A stretch of 64,000 bases of DNA, from assembly GCA_965115905.1 (NCBI GenBank), contig OZ220489.1, positions 136,584-200,583 on the forward strand, given 5' to 3'. Below, piece after piece: positions 41,961 to 51,347 of this stretch. Origin of the DNA: Tepidiformaceae bacterium. Lineage in GTDB: Bacteria; Chloroflexota; Dehalococcoidia; Tepidiformales; Tepidiformaceae. The notes under the pieces are model-generated. The model made no database searches. It was not told the origin of the DNA and was given only the letters and a program-made list of their open reading frames with translations. The translations under genes and the position numbers were made by a program. The first letter of the stretch is position 1. Every line of letters begins with the position of its first letter.

Positions 41961-43595
41961 TCATGCGGGGGCGCGCTCCTCGAAGCGGTCGATGACGCCT
42001 TCGATGTGCAGGAGACGCAGGGAGCTGACGATGGCGGGGCGGAGCTGGTCGAGGGCGGCGGCGGGCAGGCGAGCGCCTAGCCAGTCGAGGATGTCGCCGA
42101 CGGTACGGCGTCCGTCGATGCGGGAGACGATGGCGGCGACGAGGTCGCTGACGGGCACGCCTTCGGCGCGCTCGGCGGTGACGATGACCTGACCCCAGAC
42201 GAACTCGCCCTCCCCGACGACGGGCTTGCGTTCGAGACGGGCGTGGGGGACGAGGGAGGGGACGGCGGTGAGGAGGCGGGGAAGGGCGCCGAAGCGCTCG
42301 TCGAAGGCGGCGGCGCGGGCTGCACGATCGCGTTCGACGGCGGTCACGGCTTCGGTGAAGCTGCGGGGCGTCTCGCCGTGCGCGAGGACGGCGCGCTCGT
42401 AGCCGACGGGGGGCTGCCCGGCGACCGCGCGGACGAAGGCGAGGCGGGCGGGCTCGGAATCGCTGGCGCCGCTGAGGCGGCGGGCTTCCCAAAAGTAGGA
42501 ATCGACCGTGCGGTTGCCGCCGTAAAAGAGGCGGACCAACTCGCGGAAATGCTGGTACTGCTGGCGGTACTGCTCGGCGTAAACGGCGGCGGCGGCGCGT
42601 CCCAGTTCGGGGTCGTTGAGGGCTGAGGCGGCGCAGGCGGCGGCGAGCACGCCCGAGGAAAGGGCGAGGTGCACGCCCGAGGAGAAGAGCGGATCGATGA
42701 AGCAGGCGGCGTCGCCAGCGAGCACGAATCCCTCGCCGGCGAGCTCCGTGGAGGAGTAGGACCAGTCACGGACGACGGTCGGGCCAGCGACGAGCGTGGC
42801 GCTTCCGACGAGGGCGGAGGCGTGGGGGCCGCTGGCGACGCGCTCGCGGAAGAAGGCCTCCGCTCCGAGTTTGGCGAGGCGGTCGCGGCCGGTCACGCTA
42901 TCGACGACGACGCCCGCGCTGACGAGGCCCGTATGGAGGGGGATAGCCCAGAGCCAGCCTTCCTCGATGGACTCGATGAGGATGTTGTTGGCGTCGGGTT
43001 CGGGCAGGCGGGAACCGCCGCGGTAGTAGCCATAGACGGCCAGGTTGCGGAAGAAGGGGTCGGGTTCGCGGAGGCCGCGGGCGCGTCCGATGAGCCCCGC
43101 CTGACCGCTGGCGTCGACGACGAAGCGGGCGCGCGCCGTGTGCTCGCCGCCCTCGTCGCTGCGGACGCGGAGGGCGGCGCCGGATGGGCCAGCGTCCGCT
43201 TGCAGGACGCGGTGGCCCTCGCGCACATCGACGCCGTGGTCGGCGGCGTTGCGGAGAAGGATGGCGTCGAACTGGGCGCGGACGACCTGGAAGGCGTGGG
43301 GATAGCGGGGGCTGGACTCGCGGAAGTACCAGCTCCAGGGGTCGGGGTCGCGGCCCCAGACCATGGTGGCGCCGTACTTGGGGAGAAAGCCGGCCGCCTC
43401 GATGGCGGGAAGGACGCCGAGCTCGGCGAGGATGGGCATGGAGGCGGGGAGGAGGGATTCGCCGACGTGCTCGCGGGGGAAGCGGTCGCGCTCGTAGAGG
43501 CGCACGCGCCAGCCCTTGCGCGCGAGCATGGTGGCGGCGGCGGCGCCAGCGGGGCCGCCGCCCACCACGAGAACATCAGCGTCGAAGGCGGTCAC
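41961..43595 (-). CDS. Flavin-dependent halogenase-like oxidoreductase fused to a C-terminal PqqD-like (RRE) domain
   Basis: 'VLVVGGGPAGAAAA' (GxGxxG), 'FPREHVGESLLP' (as in CndH/CmlS/PltA-type enzymes), and 'GWLWAIPL' (WxWxIP). The C-terminal ~90 aa, 'VPVSDLVAAIVSRIDGRRTVGDILDWLGARL...LRLLHIEGVI', look PqqD-like. Confidence 0.8.
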   Translation of the reverse strand: MTAFDADVLVVGGGPAGAAAATMLARKGWRVRLYERDRFPREHVGESLLPASMPILAELGVLPAIEAAGFLPKYGATMVWGRDPDPWSWYFRESSPRYPHAFQVVRAQFDAILLRNAADHGVDVREGHRVLQADAGPSGAALRVRSDEGGEHTARARFVVDASGQAGLIGRARGLREPDPFFRNLAVYGYYRGGSRLPEPDANNILIESIEEGWLWAIPLHTGLVSAGVVVDSVTGRDRLAKLGAEAFFRERVASGPHASALVGSATLVAGPTVVRDWSYSSTELAGEGFVLAGDAACFIDPLFSSGVHLALSSGVLAAACAASALNDPELGRAAAAVYAEQYRQQYQHFRELVRLFYGGNRTVDSYFWEARRLSGASDSEPARLAFVRAVAGQPPVGYERAVLAHGETPRSFTEAVTAVERDRAARAAAFDERFGALPRLLTAVPSLVPHARLERKPVVGEGEFVWGQVIVTAERAEGVPVSDLVAAIVSRIDGRRTVGDILDWLGARLPAAALDQLRPAIVSSLRLLHIEGVIDRFEERAPA

Positions 43596-43667
43596 GCGGG
43601 GTATGGTCGCACACGGGGAAGCGTCCGCGGGCTGCGGGAGACGCGGCGCATGGCGCCTTTATGCGCG

Positions 43668-43698
43668 AAGGCGCCGCACGTACGAGTTGCGGCGCCTT
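43668..43698 (-). terminator. GC-rich hairpin downstream of the LLM oxidoreductase gene
   Basis: aaggcgccgca / cgtacgagt / tgcggcgcctt: 11-bp perfect stem, 10 nt after the stop. There is no U-tract, so function as an intrinsic terminator is uncertain. Confidence 0.35.
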
Positions 43699-43708
43699 CG
43701 GGACTGCG

Positions 43709-45028
43709 TCAGGAGCCGCCAGCGGCGGCGGTCTCTTCCTCGGCGATAGGCTCGTTGGTTTTGGCGTCGACCTCGAACGGACCCTTGAGGTCGAGCTCTT
43801 TGGCCATCTCGCGGGTCGCGGGGATGACCTCTTCGCCCATGAGACGGAGGCTGCGCATGGCGTCGTCGTGATCCATGGCGCCGTCGCCGTCCCAGAAGAA
43901 GATGCTGCCGGGGCGCAGGTATTCGAGCACGTGGCGGACCTTGGGGATAACGGTCTTGGGCGTGCCCGTGATGATGGACATGCGCTCCTTCTGGTTCTCG
44001 TAGCTGCCGAAGGCGTCGGCGGCCTCGGCGGTCTTGTCCGCGTCCGCTTCGCTGACCTGCTCGTGGGCGGCCAGACGGCCGCGGGCGCGCGCCTGCGTAT
44101 AGCTCGTGACGGTGGGCAGGAGGTTGGTGCGGGACGTCATGCCGGGGAGATTCTGGAGGTAGGGGCGGACGATCCCCTGGTTGCCTTCGAGGAATGGATT
44201 GCTGGGGCCCTGGACGTACTTGCGGGCGGCCTGATCGGCGAGTTCTTCGGTCTCGTCGACGTGGACCTTGAAGAGGTAGCTGCGGTGCTGGGTTCCAGCC
44301 TCGTAGCCATTCTCTCGGGCGACCTCCGAGTAGTAGTCATAGGAGCCCTTGGTGGGTTCGAGATCGGTGGCGAGCATCACATAGGGGTAGCGATGCTCGG
44401 CGGCCCACTTGACGGTGTTGCGGCTCATGACGCCGGGAATCCATATCTGGGGATGGGGCTGCTGATAGGTTTTGGCCCAGGGATTCACGTAGCGGTAGTT
44501 GTAGTGCTCGCCTTCCCAGCGGAAGGGGCCGGGGCGGGTCCAGGCGGAGAGGACGAGGTCGTGGGCCTCCTGGAAGCGTTCCCAGTTGAAGGGGGACTGG
44601 GCGTTGTGGGCGACGCTTTCGCGACCGGTGCCGCGAACCCAGCCGGTCACGAGGCGGCCGCGGGAGATCATGTCGATCTCGGCGAGCTCCTCGGCGAGCC
44701 AGAGGGGATCGTCCCAGATGGGGAGGACGTTGCCGAGAATGACGATTTTCACGCGCTGGGTGATGCGCGCGAGGATGGCTGCCTCGACGTTGACGACGCC
44801 GCCCATGCAGAAGGGCGTGCTGTGATGCTCGTTGAGCATGACCCCATCGAAGCCCATCTGCTCGGCGTAGACCTTCTCGTCGAGGTAGCGGTTGTAGAGT
44901 TCCGCTCCGAGCCGGGGGTTGTACTCGCTGTTGCTGATGCCCAGATCGGCGATGTCGCGCCCGGTGGCGCCGAAATAGCCGGACTCGTGGTCCTGATACG
45001 GACGTTCGGTGAAGTAGCCGATGAACAT
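43709..45028 (-). CDS. LLM-class (luciferase-like) flavin-dependent oxidoreductase
   Basis: 'GFDGVMLNEHHSTPFCMGG' and 'RGRLVTGWVRG', 439 aa. GGAGGG lies 7 nt upstream of ATG 45028. Confidence 0.85.
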   Translation of the reverse strand: MFIGYFTERPYQDHESGYFGATGRDIADLGISNSEYNPRLGAELYNRYLDEKVYAEQMGFDGVMLNEHHSTPFCMGGVVNVEAAILARITQRVKIVILGNVLPIWDDPLWLAEELAEIDMISRGRLVTGWVRGTGRESVAHNAQSPFNWERFQEAHDLVLSAWTRPGPFRWEGEHYNYRYVNPWAKTYQQPHPQIWIPGVMSRNTVKWAAEHRYPYVMLATDLEPTKGSYDYYSEVARENGYEAGTQHRSYLFKVHVDETEELADQAARKYVQGPSNPFLEGNQGIVRPYLQNLPGMTSRTNLLPTVTSYTQARARGRLAAHEQVSEADADKTAEAADAFGSYENQKERMSIITGTPKTVIPKVRHVLEYLRPGSIFFWDGDGAMDHDDAMRSLRLMGEEVIPATREMAKELDLKGPFEVDAKTNEPIAEEETAAAGGS

Positions 45029-45149
45029 TGCGTGCCCTCCGCGTCCAGCCCGCTCTTGCCTGCGTGGGAGCGTCTGGCGATCGCATCATACCCGCCCCGC
45101 GGAGGCAGCGGGGCGCCAGAGCATCAACCCTTGGGGATCCCCCGGAGCG

Positions 45150-47372
45150 TCACTTCTGTCTCCAGCAGAACGAGGCGCCGTTGTTGTCGATCCCGCAGCT
45201 GTGCTGATCCCCGACGGACAACGCCGTGAACGTCCAGGACGCATCCGTCTCGCCGAAGGCGTAGTTCCCGTCGCCCCAGCAGGCAATAGTCCCGTCAGTG
45301 CGCAACCCGCACGACTGCCAGAAGCCCGCCGAAACCTCGGAATACTGTCCCGCCGGGACATCGGCCTGGCCACTGCGACTGTCCCCCCAACAAACAATGG
45401 AGCCATCGGTCAGCAACCCGCACGTGTGCCGGTGACCGGCGGACACCGCCGCGAACTCACCCGACGGCGCGTCAGCCCGACCTTCGCCGTTGTTCCCCCA
45501 ACACGCGACGGAGCCATCAGTGCGCACCCCGCACGTGTGCCATCGCCCCGCCGATACCGAGCTGAACTCACCCGACGGCGCAGCGGCCGCGCCATCACGG
45601 TTCCTGCCCCAACACGCAACCGCGCCATGAACATCAACCGCGCAACTGTGATGTCTGCCAGCCGATACCGCCACGAAATCCTGACCTGAGGGCACAGCCA
45701 GCTGACCGTGCTGGTTTCTGCCCCAGCAATTCACCGTGCCCTCAACGCGCACCCCGCACGAATGCTGATAGCCCGCAGACACCGAGATAAACTCGCCCGA
45801 TGGAGCGTCAGCCTCACCGAACCGATTCTCGCCATCCCAACAGCCGATAGTCCCATCGGGATGCAACCCGCACGTATGCGATCCACCCGCAGAAACTGAA
45901 ACGAACTTGCTGCTGGGCTCTACCTCATCCTTGGGTTCCACCTCATCGACGGGCTGCTCAGGTGGAGCATCCCCGGTAGTCATAAAGGAGGTAGAGGTGA
46001 AGGAGAGTACACAGTTCGACTGGCCTCCCCTCTGCGATACCAGAGGCAATAGATCGACTTTATAACGAGTAAGCGGCTTCAGATCGCTCACTTCAAAAGT
46101 TGTCACCGCCGGATGCTCGACGTACTCACTAATAATCAGTGCTTGATACGGAATATCCAAATTGGCATTCGCCGAGGGGGTGGCCTGGACGTAAACGATA
46201 GAGCCATCACCATCGACACGATACAGATCATCAGAGGCCAAAATTTCCCAGACTCTAACCAGATGCATCGAAGTGTTACACTCGATGCCATCCATAACGT
46301 CCCTCTCTATAACATCACGACCCCATATATCATACGTCCAGGTCACCCCTTCGTACGTCCAGCTCAAAAGCGCCCCGGTACTTGAAGGAACAATGTCGAG
46401 CTTCGCCCTGCCATTGGGCCATATAGCCCTGCCAGTACCCTCGTCCCACCTGGGAGGCCTGTTAGCCGGAGTGGCAGTAGGTGTAGCTGTGGCCGCGGGG
46501 GGCGGAGTAGCCGTGGCCGTTGGCGTGGGGGTAGGAGTGGCCGAGGGGTCGGGGTATGGCGCCACGGGCACAACCACCTCAGGGACAGGAGAGGGGGCAG
46601 GCGCAGGAGTCGGAGTGGCCGAGGGGGTGGGGGATGGCAGGGATGGCGCCGCAGGCACAACCGCCACTGGGACAGGAGAGGGGGCAGGCGCAGGAGTCGG
46701 AGTGGCCGAGGGGGTAGGGGGTGGCAGGGATGGCGCCGCAGGCACAACCACCACAGGGACAGGAGAGGGGGCAGGCGCAGGAGTCGGAGTGGCCGAGGGG
46801 GTAGGGGGTGGCAGGGATGGCGCCGCAGGCACAACCGCCACAGGGACAGGGGTGCTGACAGGCGTAGGAGTCGGAGTGGCCGAGGGGGTAGAGGATGGGA
46901 CACTGGGCACAGCAGGGACAAGCACTACAGGGACAGGAACGCTCGCAGGCCCAGGAGTCGGCGTAGCTGTGCTGACAGGCGCAGGCGTCGGCGTGGCCGA
47001 AGGATCGGGGAATGACCCGCATTGCCCACGGCCCGGCTCCAAGGGCTCATCGCAGGGCCCAGGAGTCGGCGTAGCTGTGCTGACAGGCGCAGGAGTCGGC
47101 GTGGCCGAGGGGGTAGGGGATGGCGCCCCAGGCACAAGCACTACAGGGACAACCACCGCAGGCACAGGAGTGGGGGTGGGAGTCGGAGTAGCCGAGGCCG
47201 TTGGCGACATATCGACCCCGGCGACAGACTCCTGCGCCGAGCCGCTGGCCGTCGCGATCAATACCGACCCCAGCACCGCGACCGCAACCACAGCCACCCA
47301 GGCCGGCCCGCGCACACCACGTCCGAACCATCCTGCGCGCTTCCCGATCTTCATAAACCAACCTCTAGACAT
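45150..47372 (-). CDS. Secreted/anchored surface protein: signal-TM, Pro/Thr/Ala-rich tandem repeats, FN3-like domain, RCC1-repeat beta-propeller
   Basis: ATG 47372 follows GGAGGGCG. The N-terminus is '[24 protein letters not shown]'. PSATPTPAP repeats follow, then 'LSWTYEG...[12 protein letters not shown]' (FN3-like). At least seven 'H(T/S)CG...DG...(C)WG.N..GQ' RCC1 blades complete the protein. Confidence 0.8.
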   Translation of the reverse strand: MSRGWFMKIGKRAGWFGRGVRGPAWVAVVAVAVLGSVLIATASGSAQESVAGVDMSPTASATPTPTPTPVPAVVVPVVLVPGAPSPTPSATPTPAPVSTATPTPGPCDEPLEPGRGQCGSFPDPSATPTPAPVSTATPTPGPASVPVPVVLVPAVPSVPSSTPSATPTPTPVSTPVPVAVVPAAPSLPPPTPSATPTPAPAPSPVPVVVVPAAPSLPPPTPSATPTPAPAPSPVPVAVVPAAPSLPSPTPSATPTPAPAPSPVPEVVVPVAPYPDPSATPTPTPTATATPPPAATATPTATPANRPPRWDEGTGRAIWPNGRAKLDIVPSSTGALLSWTYEGVTWTYDIWGRDVIERDVMDGIECNTSMHLVRVWEILASDDLYRVDGDGSIVYVQATPSANANLDIPYQALIISEYVEHPAVTTFEVSDLKPLTRYKVDLLPLVSQRGGQSNCVLSFTSTSFMTTGDAPPEQPVDEVEPKDEVEPSSKFVSVSAGGSHTCGLHPDGTIGCWDGENRFGEADAPSGEFISVSAGYQHSCGVRVEGTVNCWGRNQHGQLAVPSGQDFVAVSAGRHHSCAVDVHGAVACWGRNRDGAAAAPSGEFSSVSAGRWHTCGVRTDGSVACWGNNGEGRADAPSGEFAAVSAGHRHTCGLLTDGSIVCWGDSRSGQADVPAGQYSEVSAGFWQSCGLRTDGTIACWGDGNYAFGETDASWTFTALSVGDQHSCGIDNNGASFCWRQK
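46582..46842 (-). repeat. Three near-identical in-frame 87-bp tandem repeats (29 aa each), flanked by degenerate copies
   Basis: Units begin with gggacaggagag at 46582, 46669 and 46756. A degenerate fourth begins at 46843. They encode '[16 protein letters not shown](V/A)VVPAAPSLP(P/S)PT'. Confidence 0.9.
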
Positions 47373-47435
47373 GTAAGCGCCCTCCAAACGACGATCCTGG
47401 CGTGCCTGAGTAGGATTGACTCCTCGGAAACTATA

Positions 47436-47452
47436 CCCCCCCCCCCCCCCCC
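47436..47452 (-). repeat. Homopolymer tract C17 (+) = G17 on the gene strand, 64-80 nt upstream of the RCC1-protein start
   Basis: Counted directly: 'ctata' followed by 17 C, then 'gtcaag'. It lies in the 110-nt gap between the hydrolase stop (47483) and ATG 47372. Confidence 0.95.
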
Positions 47453-47482
47453 GTCAAGTCAACCCGCAAAAGGGGGCGGGCA

Positions 47483-48271
47483 CTAGCCCCCCAGGTGCGC
47501 GGCGATACGCGCGGCGAGCGTGTCCGGCTCCTCGTAGTCGAGGTAGTGGCCGGCGCCATCGATGACCTCAAGGGCGGCGTTGGGGAGGGCGGCGGCGTAC
47601 TGGCGGGCGCAGGCGAGCGGGACAACCTTGTCCTCGCCGCCAGCGACGATGAGGGCGGGGGTCTGGACTTCGCTGAGCACGGGCGCGAGGCGGCGGTTGA
47701 ACATGTAGGGCTTCCAGCTGAGGCGGGCGGTCATCTCGCGGCTGAAGTCCCAGAGTTCGCGCACTTCCTTGGCGGGTTCCTCGCCGAAGAAGTCGGTGTA
47801 GCGCTGCTCATCGCGGAAGCCGGCTGCGATGTATTCGCCATGCCCGATGAGCATCTGGTCGAGGATTTCCCCCTCTTCCGGCTGCAGGCCGGCGGCGCCG
47901 ACGAGGACGAGGGAGCCGATGCGATCCTGGTTGACGGCGGCGAGCTCGGCGGCGATGAAGCCGCCGAAGCCGAGCCCGATGAGCGCAGGGCGCGGGGGCG
48001 CGACGCGCGGGAGGAAGTGGCTCATGAGAATGGCGAGGTCGCGGGGCTCGCGGGCCCAGGCGGGGCGTTCGGACTGGCCGTAGCCGGGGAGGTCGGGGAC
48101 GGTGACCGTGAAGTTACGGGCGAGGGCCTCATAAAACGGAATCCAGCCGAGGTTCCCCGAGGAGTGATGGAAGACGACGGCGGCGGGACCGCTGCCGCCC
48201 TGAAGGTAGCGGATGGAGAGGCCCGCGACCTCGGTGGTGGATTCGGTCCAGGTCTGCTCGGTTGTCGTCAT
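47483..48271 (-). CDS. Alpha/beta hydrolase
   Basis: 'VVFHHSSGN', the nucleophile region 'LIGLGFGGFIAA', and the C-terminal 'GAGHYLDYEEPD'. Confidence 0.85.
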   Translation of the reverse strand: MTTTEQTWTESTTEVAGLSIRYLQGGSGPAAVVFHHSSGNLGWIPFYEALARNFTVTVPDLPGYGQSERPAWAREPRDLAILMSHFLPRVAPPRPALIGLGFGGFIAAELAAVNQDRIGSLVLVGAAGLQPEEGEILDQMLIGHGEYIAAGFRDEQRYTDFFGEEPAKEVRELWDFSREMTARLSWKPYMFNRRLAPVLSEVQTPALIVAGGEDKVVPLACARQYAAALPNAALEVIDGAGHYLDYEEPDTLAARIAAHLGG

Positions 48272-48387
48272 TCGGAGGCTCCTTCGGACGCGTCAGGCGC
48301 AGGGCCGAATACTACGCGCCGCGCGCTGCTGACGGGGGGCGCGCTCCGCTGGCTCGCGGCCAGCGTCCTCTGTACGCTACCCCGCGC

Positions 48388-49392
48388 ATGCCCGAGCCGT
48401 ATCTGGTCGTCCACGTCGACAAGCGCCCCACTGTCTCGTTCGAGATCGAGCAACGCATCATCGAAGCGGGAGGGGGGAGGTTTGTGGCGACGAGTTCGTC
48501 GAGCGAGGAAGAGCTGATCGCGAACGCGGGGCAGGCGGACGCGATTCTGGTGTCGTCGGCGCAGATCACACGGCGGGTAGTGGAGGCGATGCCGGCGTGC
48601 AAGCTCATCATTCGCTACGGGGTGGGGCTGGACACGCTGGACATTCCGGCGGCGACGGATCACGGGATCGTGGTGGCGCACTTTCCCGACTTCTGCCAGC
48701 CAGAGGTGGCGAACCAGACGATGTTGCTGCTGCTGGCGTGCGCGAAGAGGCTGCCCGCGCTCGATCGGGCGGTGCGGGACGGCAGCTGGCGGCCCGGGCC
48801 GCTGGGACCGATGGGGCCCATCGGAGGGGAAACGCTGGGGCTGGTGGCGCTGGGGAATATCGCGCGGGCGGTGGTTCCGCGGGCGAAGGCGTTCGGGCTG
48901 AACGTGATCGCGTATGACCCGTATTTGGGGGAGGGCGTGTTCCGCGCCTTTGGCGTGGAGCGAGTGGAGACGCTCCCTGAGCTGCTGGGACGCTCGGACT
49001 ATGTGTCGGTGCACACGCCGCTGAACGCGGAGACGCGGCACTTGATCGGCGAGGCGGAGTTGGCGGCGATGAAGCCGACGGCTTATCTGATTAATACATC
49101 GCGGGGGCCGGTGGTCGATCAGGAGGCGCTGATCGCGGCGCTCGATGGGGGGCGGATTGCGGGAGCGGGGCTGGACGTGTTCGAGCGGGAGCCGCTGGAG
49201 GCGGAGTCGCCACTGGCGGATATGGACAACGTGACGCTGATGCCGCACTCCGCCTCGTACTCGGACCAGTCATTCGAGAGCATGCGGCGGCGGGTGGGCG
49301 AGACGGTGGTGGGGCTGATGGAGGGGCGCTGGCCCCAGTTCGTGGCGAATCCGCGGGTTCAGCCGCGGGCGGCGCTGCCCGCGAGGGACTGA
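48388..49392 (+). CDS. D-isomer-specific 2-hydroxyacid dehydrogenase family protein
   Basis: ATG 48388 (MPEPYLVVHV...). 'LGLVALGNIARAVV', 'VSVHTPLNAETRHLI', 'LINTSRGPVVD', 'AGLDVFEREP', and 'MPHSAS'. Confidence 0.85.
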   Translation: MPEPYLVVHVDKRPTVSFEIEQRIIEAGGGRFVATSSSSEEELIANAGQADAILVSSAQITRRVVEAMPACKLIIRYGVGLDTLDIPAATDHGIVVAHFPDFCQPEVANQTMLLLLACAKRLPALDRAVRDGSWRPGPLGPMGPIGGETLGLVALGNIARAVVPRAKAFGLNVIAYDPYLGEGVFRAFGVERVETLPELLGRSDYVSVHTPLNAETRHLIGEAELAAMKPTAYLINTSRGPVVDQEALIAALDGGRIAGAGLDVFEREPLEAESPLADMDNVTLMPHSASYSDQSFESMRRRVGETVVGLMEGRWPQFVANPRVQPRAALPARD

Positions 49393-49415
49393 GGGCGAGG
49401 CTGAGGGGCTGGCGC

Positions 49416-50132
49416 CTAGGGTTCCTCACGGGGGCGGGTGAAGCCGCCGCGGAAGCGTTCGAGCAGCCCCTCGCGGGTGAACCCGGGGGACTTGGCGTAG
49501 TCGATGATGAGGCGCTCGCGGTCCTCGACCATCTGCGCGGCGGCGGGCACCTCGGCGGCGATGTCGTGGGGGATGGAGATGCAGCCGTGGAGATCGGCGT
49601 GGAGGAGATCGCCCGGGCGGACGGTGATTCCGCCGACGGTGACGGGTCCGCCTGTCTCGATCTGGTGGACGTAGGCGTGGGAGACGAGCACTTCCCGCGC
49701 GAGGAACTGGAAGCCGAGTTCGCGGACTTCCTCCATATCGCGCACGCCGCCGTTGGTGACGACGCCGACGCAACCAAAGGCGCGGTGGATGTTGGCGTTG
49801 ACCTCGCCCCAGAAGGAGCCGAGGGGCGGATCATCGAGGTCTTCGATGACGACGATGCGGGGGGCGGGGATGGACTCGATGTGCTCGTACCAGGCGCCGC
49901 GCTCGACGTTGGCCTCGGGGTCCTGGTCGGGGGGCGCGCTGGCGCGAATCTTGCAGGTGACGGCGTAGCCGACGATGGGCGCCATTTCGGGGAAATGGCA
50001 GCGGATGTCGGGCGTCATGGCGCCGTAGTTGCGGGCGCGGACCTGGAAGGTCTCGATGGCGTTGGAAATGGCGGGGGAGGGCCAGGCGCGCAGGGCGGCG
50101 AGTTGCTCGTCGGTAAGGGGCTGCATGGGCAC
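49416..50132 (-). CDS. RraA-family protein (aldolase/decarboxylase-like)
   Basis: 'SNAIETF', 'VVIEDLD...GSFWGEVNA', and 'GVVTNGGVRDMEEV'. Confidence 0.8.
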   Translation of the reverse strand: MPMQPLTDEQLAALRAWPSPAISNAIETFQVRARNYGAMTPDIRCHFPEMAPIVGYAVTCKIRASAPPDQDPEANVERGAWYEHIESIPAPRIVVIEDLDDPPLGSFWGEVNANIHRAFGCVGVVTNGGVRDMEEVRELGFQFLAREVLVSHAYVHQIETGGPVTVGGITVRPGDLLHADLHGCISIPHDIAAEVPAAAQMVEDRERLIIDYAKSPGFTREGLLERFRGGFTRPREEP

Positions 50133-50205
50133 GGCTCCGGGGGCGGGGATGGCGCGATCCTAGGGGGCGTGAATCGTGGGCGCCATCTCCCGCATGGCGT
50201 CCGCG

Positions 50206-50559
50206 TCAGTCGCGCTCGATCCAGGTGCGGCGTACGAAGAGGGATTCGCTGACGACGGTGCGTTCGCGGCGGCGCGCGAGGGCGCGGCCTGAGGCCTTGC
50301 CGGCGGCCCGCTGGGCGAGCAGCTTGCCGGCGATGTTCGCGGTGATCTTGAAAGCGGCGCCGATGGCGATGGCGGTGGCGGCGCGCCGCACGGGCGCCGG
50401 CAGCCCGGGACGGCGCGGCTCCAGCGCCACGATCGGGCGGGGCGCGGGCAGGCGGCTCGCGGGGAGGAACATGCCGCAGTTGCGACAGTAGTTATCGGCG
50501 GCGTCATGCGGCGCGGCGCAGTCGGGGCAGGTGGGCGTCGCGGGCGCCTGTTCAACCAT
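50206..50559 (-). CDS. Zinc-ribbon domain protein (hypothetical)
   Basis: ATG 50559. 'CPDCAAPHDAADNYCRNCG' is a CxxC-N12-CxxC ribbon, followed by a hydrophobic/basic tail. The rest of the 287-aa track ORF is Arg/Pro shadow. Confidence 0.5.
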   Translation of the reverse strand: MVEQAPATPTCPDCAAPHDAADNYCRNCGMFLPASRLPAPRPIVALEPRRPGLPAPVRRAATAIAIGAAFKITANIAGKLLAQRAAGKASGRALARRRERTVVSESLFVRRTWIERD

Positions 50560-50567
50560 GCCGGGGA

Positions 50568-51347
50568 TTATACGTCGCGCGAAAGGGCGGCTTCGACCTC
50601 GGCGGTGAGGTCGAGGGGGCGCGCGGGGGGGATGGTCAGGCGGCCTTCGCAGAGGGCGCGCAGGGTTTCGGTGAGAAAGGGGCGTTCGCGGGCGACGCCG
50701 CGGGCGCGAATCTCGCGGTAGCGGGGGAGCGCCTCGATGGCGGCGCGGGTGGCGTCGGGGGGGATGTGGGAGGCAGGGCCGGCGGGGAGGGGATAGCGGC
50801 AGTAGCTGAGCGCGGGGCCGCGATCGAGGTCGCCGGTAACGAGGTGGTACATACAGCCCGATTCGCGCGCGCCGCTCGCGATGAGGCGGGCGATGACCTC
50901 CTGGTAGGTCCCCGTGGGGCCGTCGGGGAGGGCGGGGTGGTCGTTGATGATAGGGAAGCGGTCGTAGAGGGCGTCGGTGGCGATGAGCATGTAACCGAAC
51001 ATGACGGCGAGGTCGAAGGAGTGGCGGGCGAGGCGTTCCGCCACGGCCTCGTCGAAGGCGCGACGCCACGGCGGGAGGGGGGCGCCGGGGCGGGAGCGCT
51101 GGCCGTTGCGGGCCTTGCGGAAGCGCACGGAGGAAAGGGTCTCGACGGGCACGCCGCGATCCTCGAGGAGGTCCAGCAGGCGATCGGTGGCGTCGAATTC
51201 GCCGCGCGCGCGATTGACGAAGGCGACGGCGATCCTGACGGGGAGGCCGTCGTCGATGGCGCGGCAGAGGGATTCGAGGGCGCCGTAGGAGCCGGGGCCG
51301 CGCCCGGTGGTCAACCAGGCGACGCGCAAGAGATCAGCCGGCGTCAT
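50568..51347 (-). CDS. Formyltransferase-like (Formyl_trans_N, PurN-like) protein
   Basis: ATG 51347 overlaps the xseB 3' end by 14 nt. 'DLAVMFGYMLIA', 'IINDHPALPDG', and 'HLVTGDLDRGPAL' resemble the PurN/Fmt N-domain motifs. Confidence 0.55.
   Translation of the reverse strand: MTPADLLRVAWLTTGRGPGSYGALESLCRAIDDGLPVRIAVAFVNRARGEFDATDRLLDLLEDRGVPVETLSSVRFRKARNGQRSRPGAPLPPWRRAFDEAVAERLARHSFDLAVMFGYMLIATDALYDRFPIINDHPALPDGPTGTYQEVIARLIASGARESGCMYHLVTGDLDRGPALSYCRYPLPAGPASHIPPDATRAAIEALPRYREIRARGVARERPFLTETLRALCEGRLTIPPARPLDLTAEVEAALSRDV

Noticed and set aside
43668-43698. Hairpin as a possible regulatory element or precursor-peptide region for the halogenase-RRE gene
   Set aside because: The gap has no ORF with a start and RBS. 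The structure is most simply a transcript-end hairpin of the upstream LLM gene.
46480-47180. Periodic repeats as a possible CRISPR array
   Set aside because: The repeats are contiguous with no unique spacers, have an 87-bp period, and are in-frame within a long ORF encoding a Pro/Thr-rich linker. No cas genes are present in the window.
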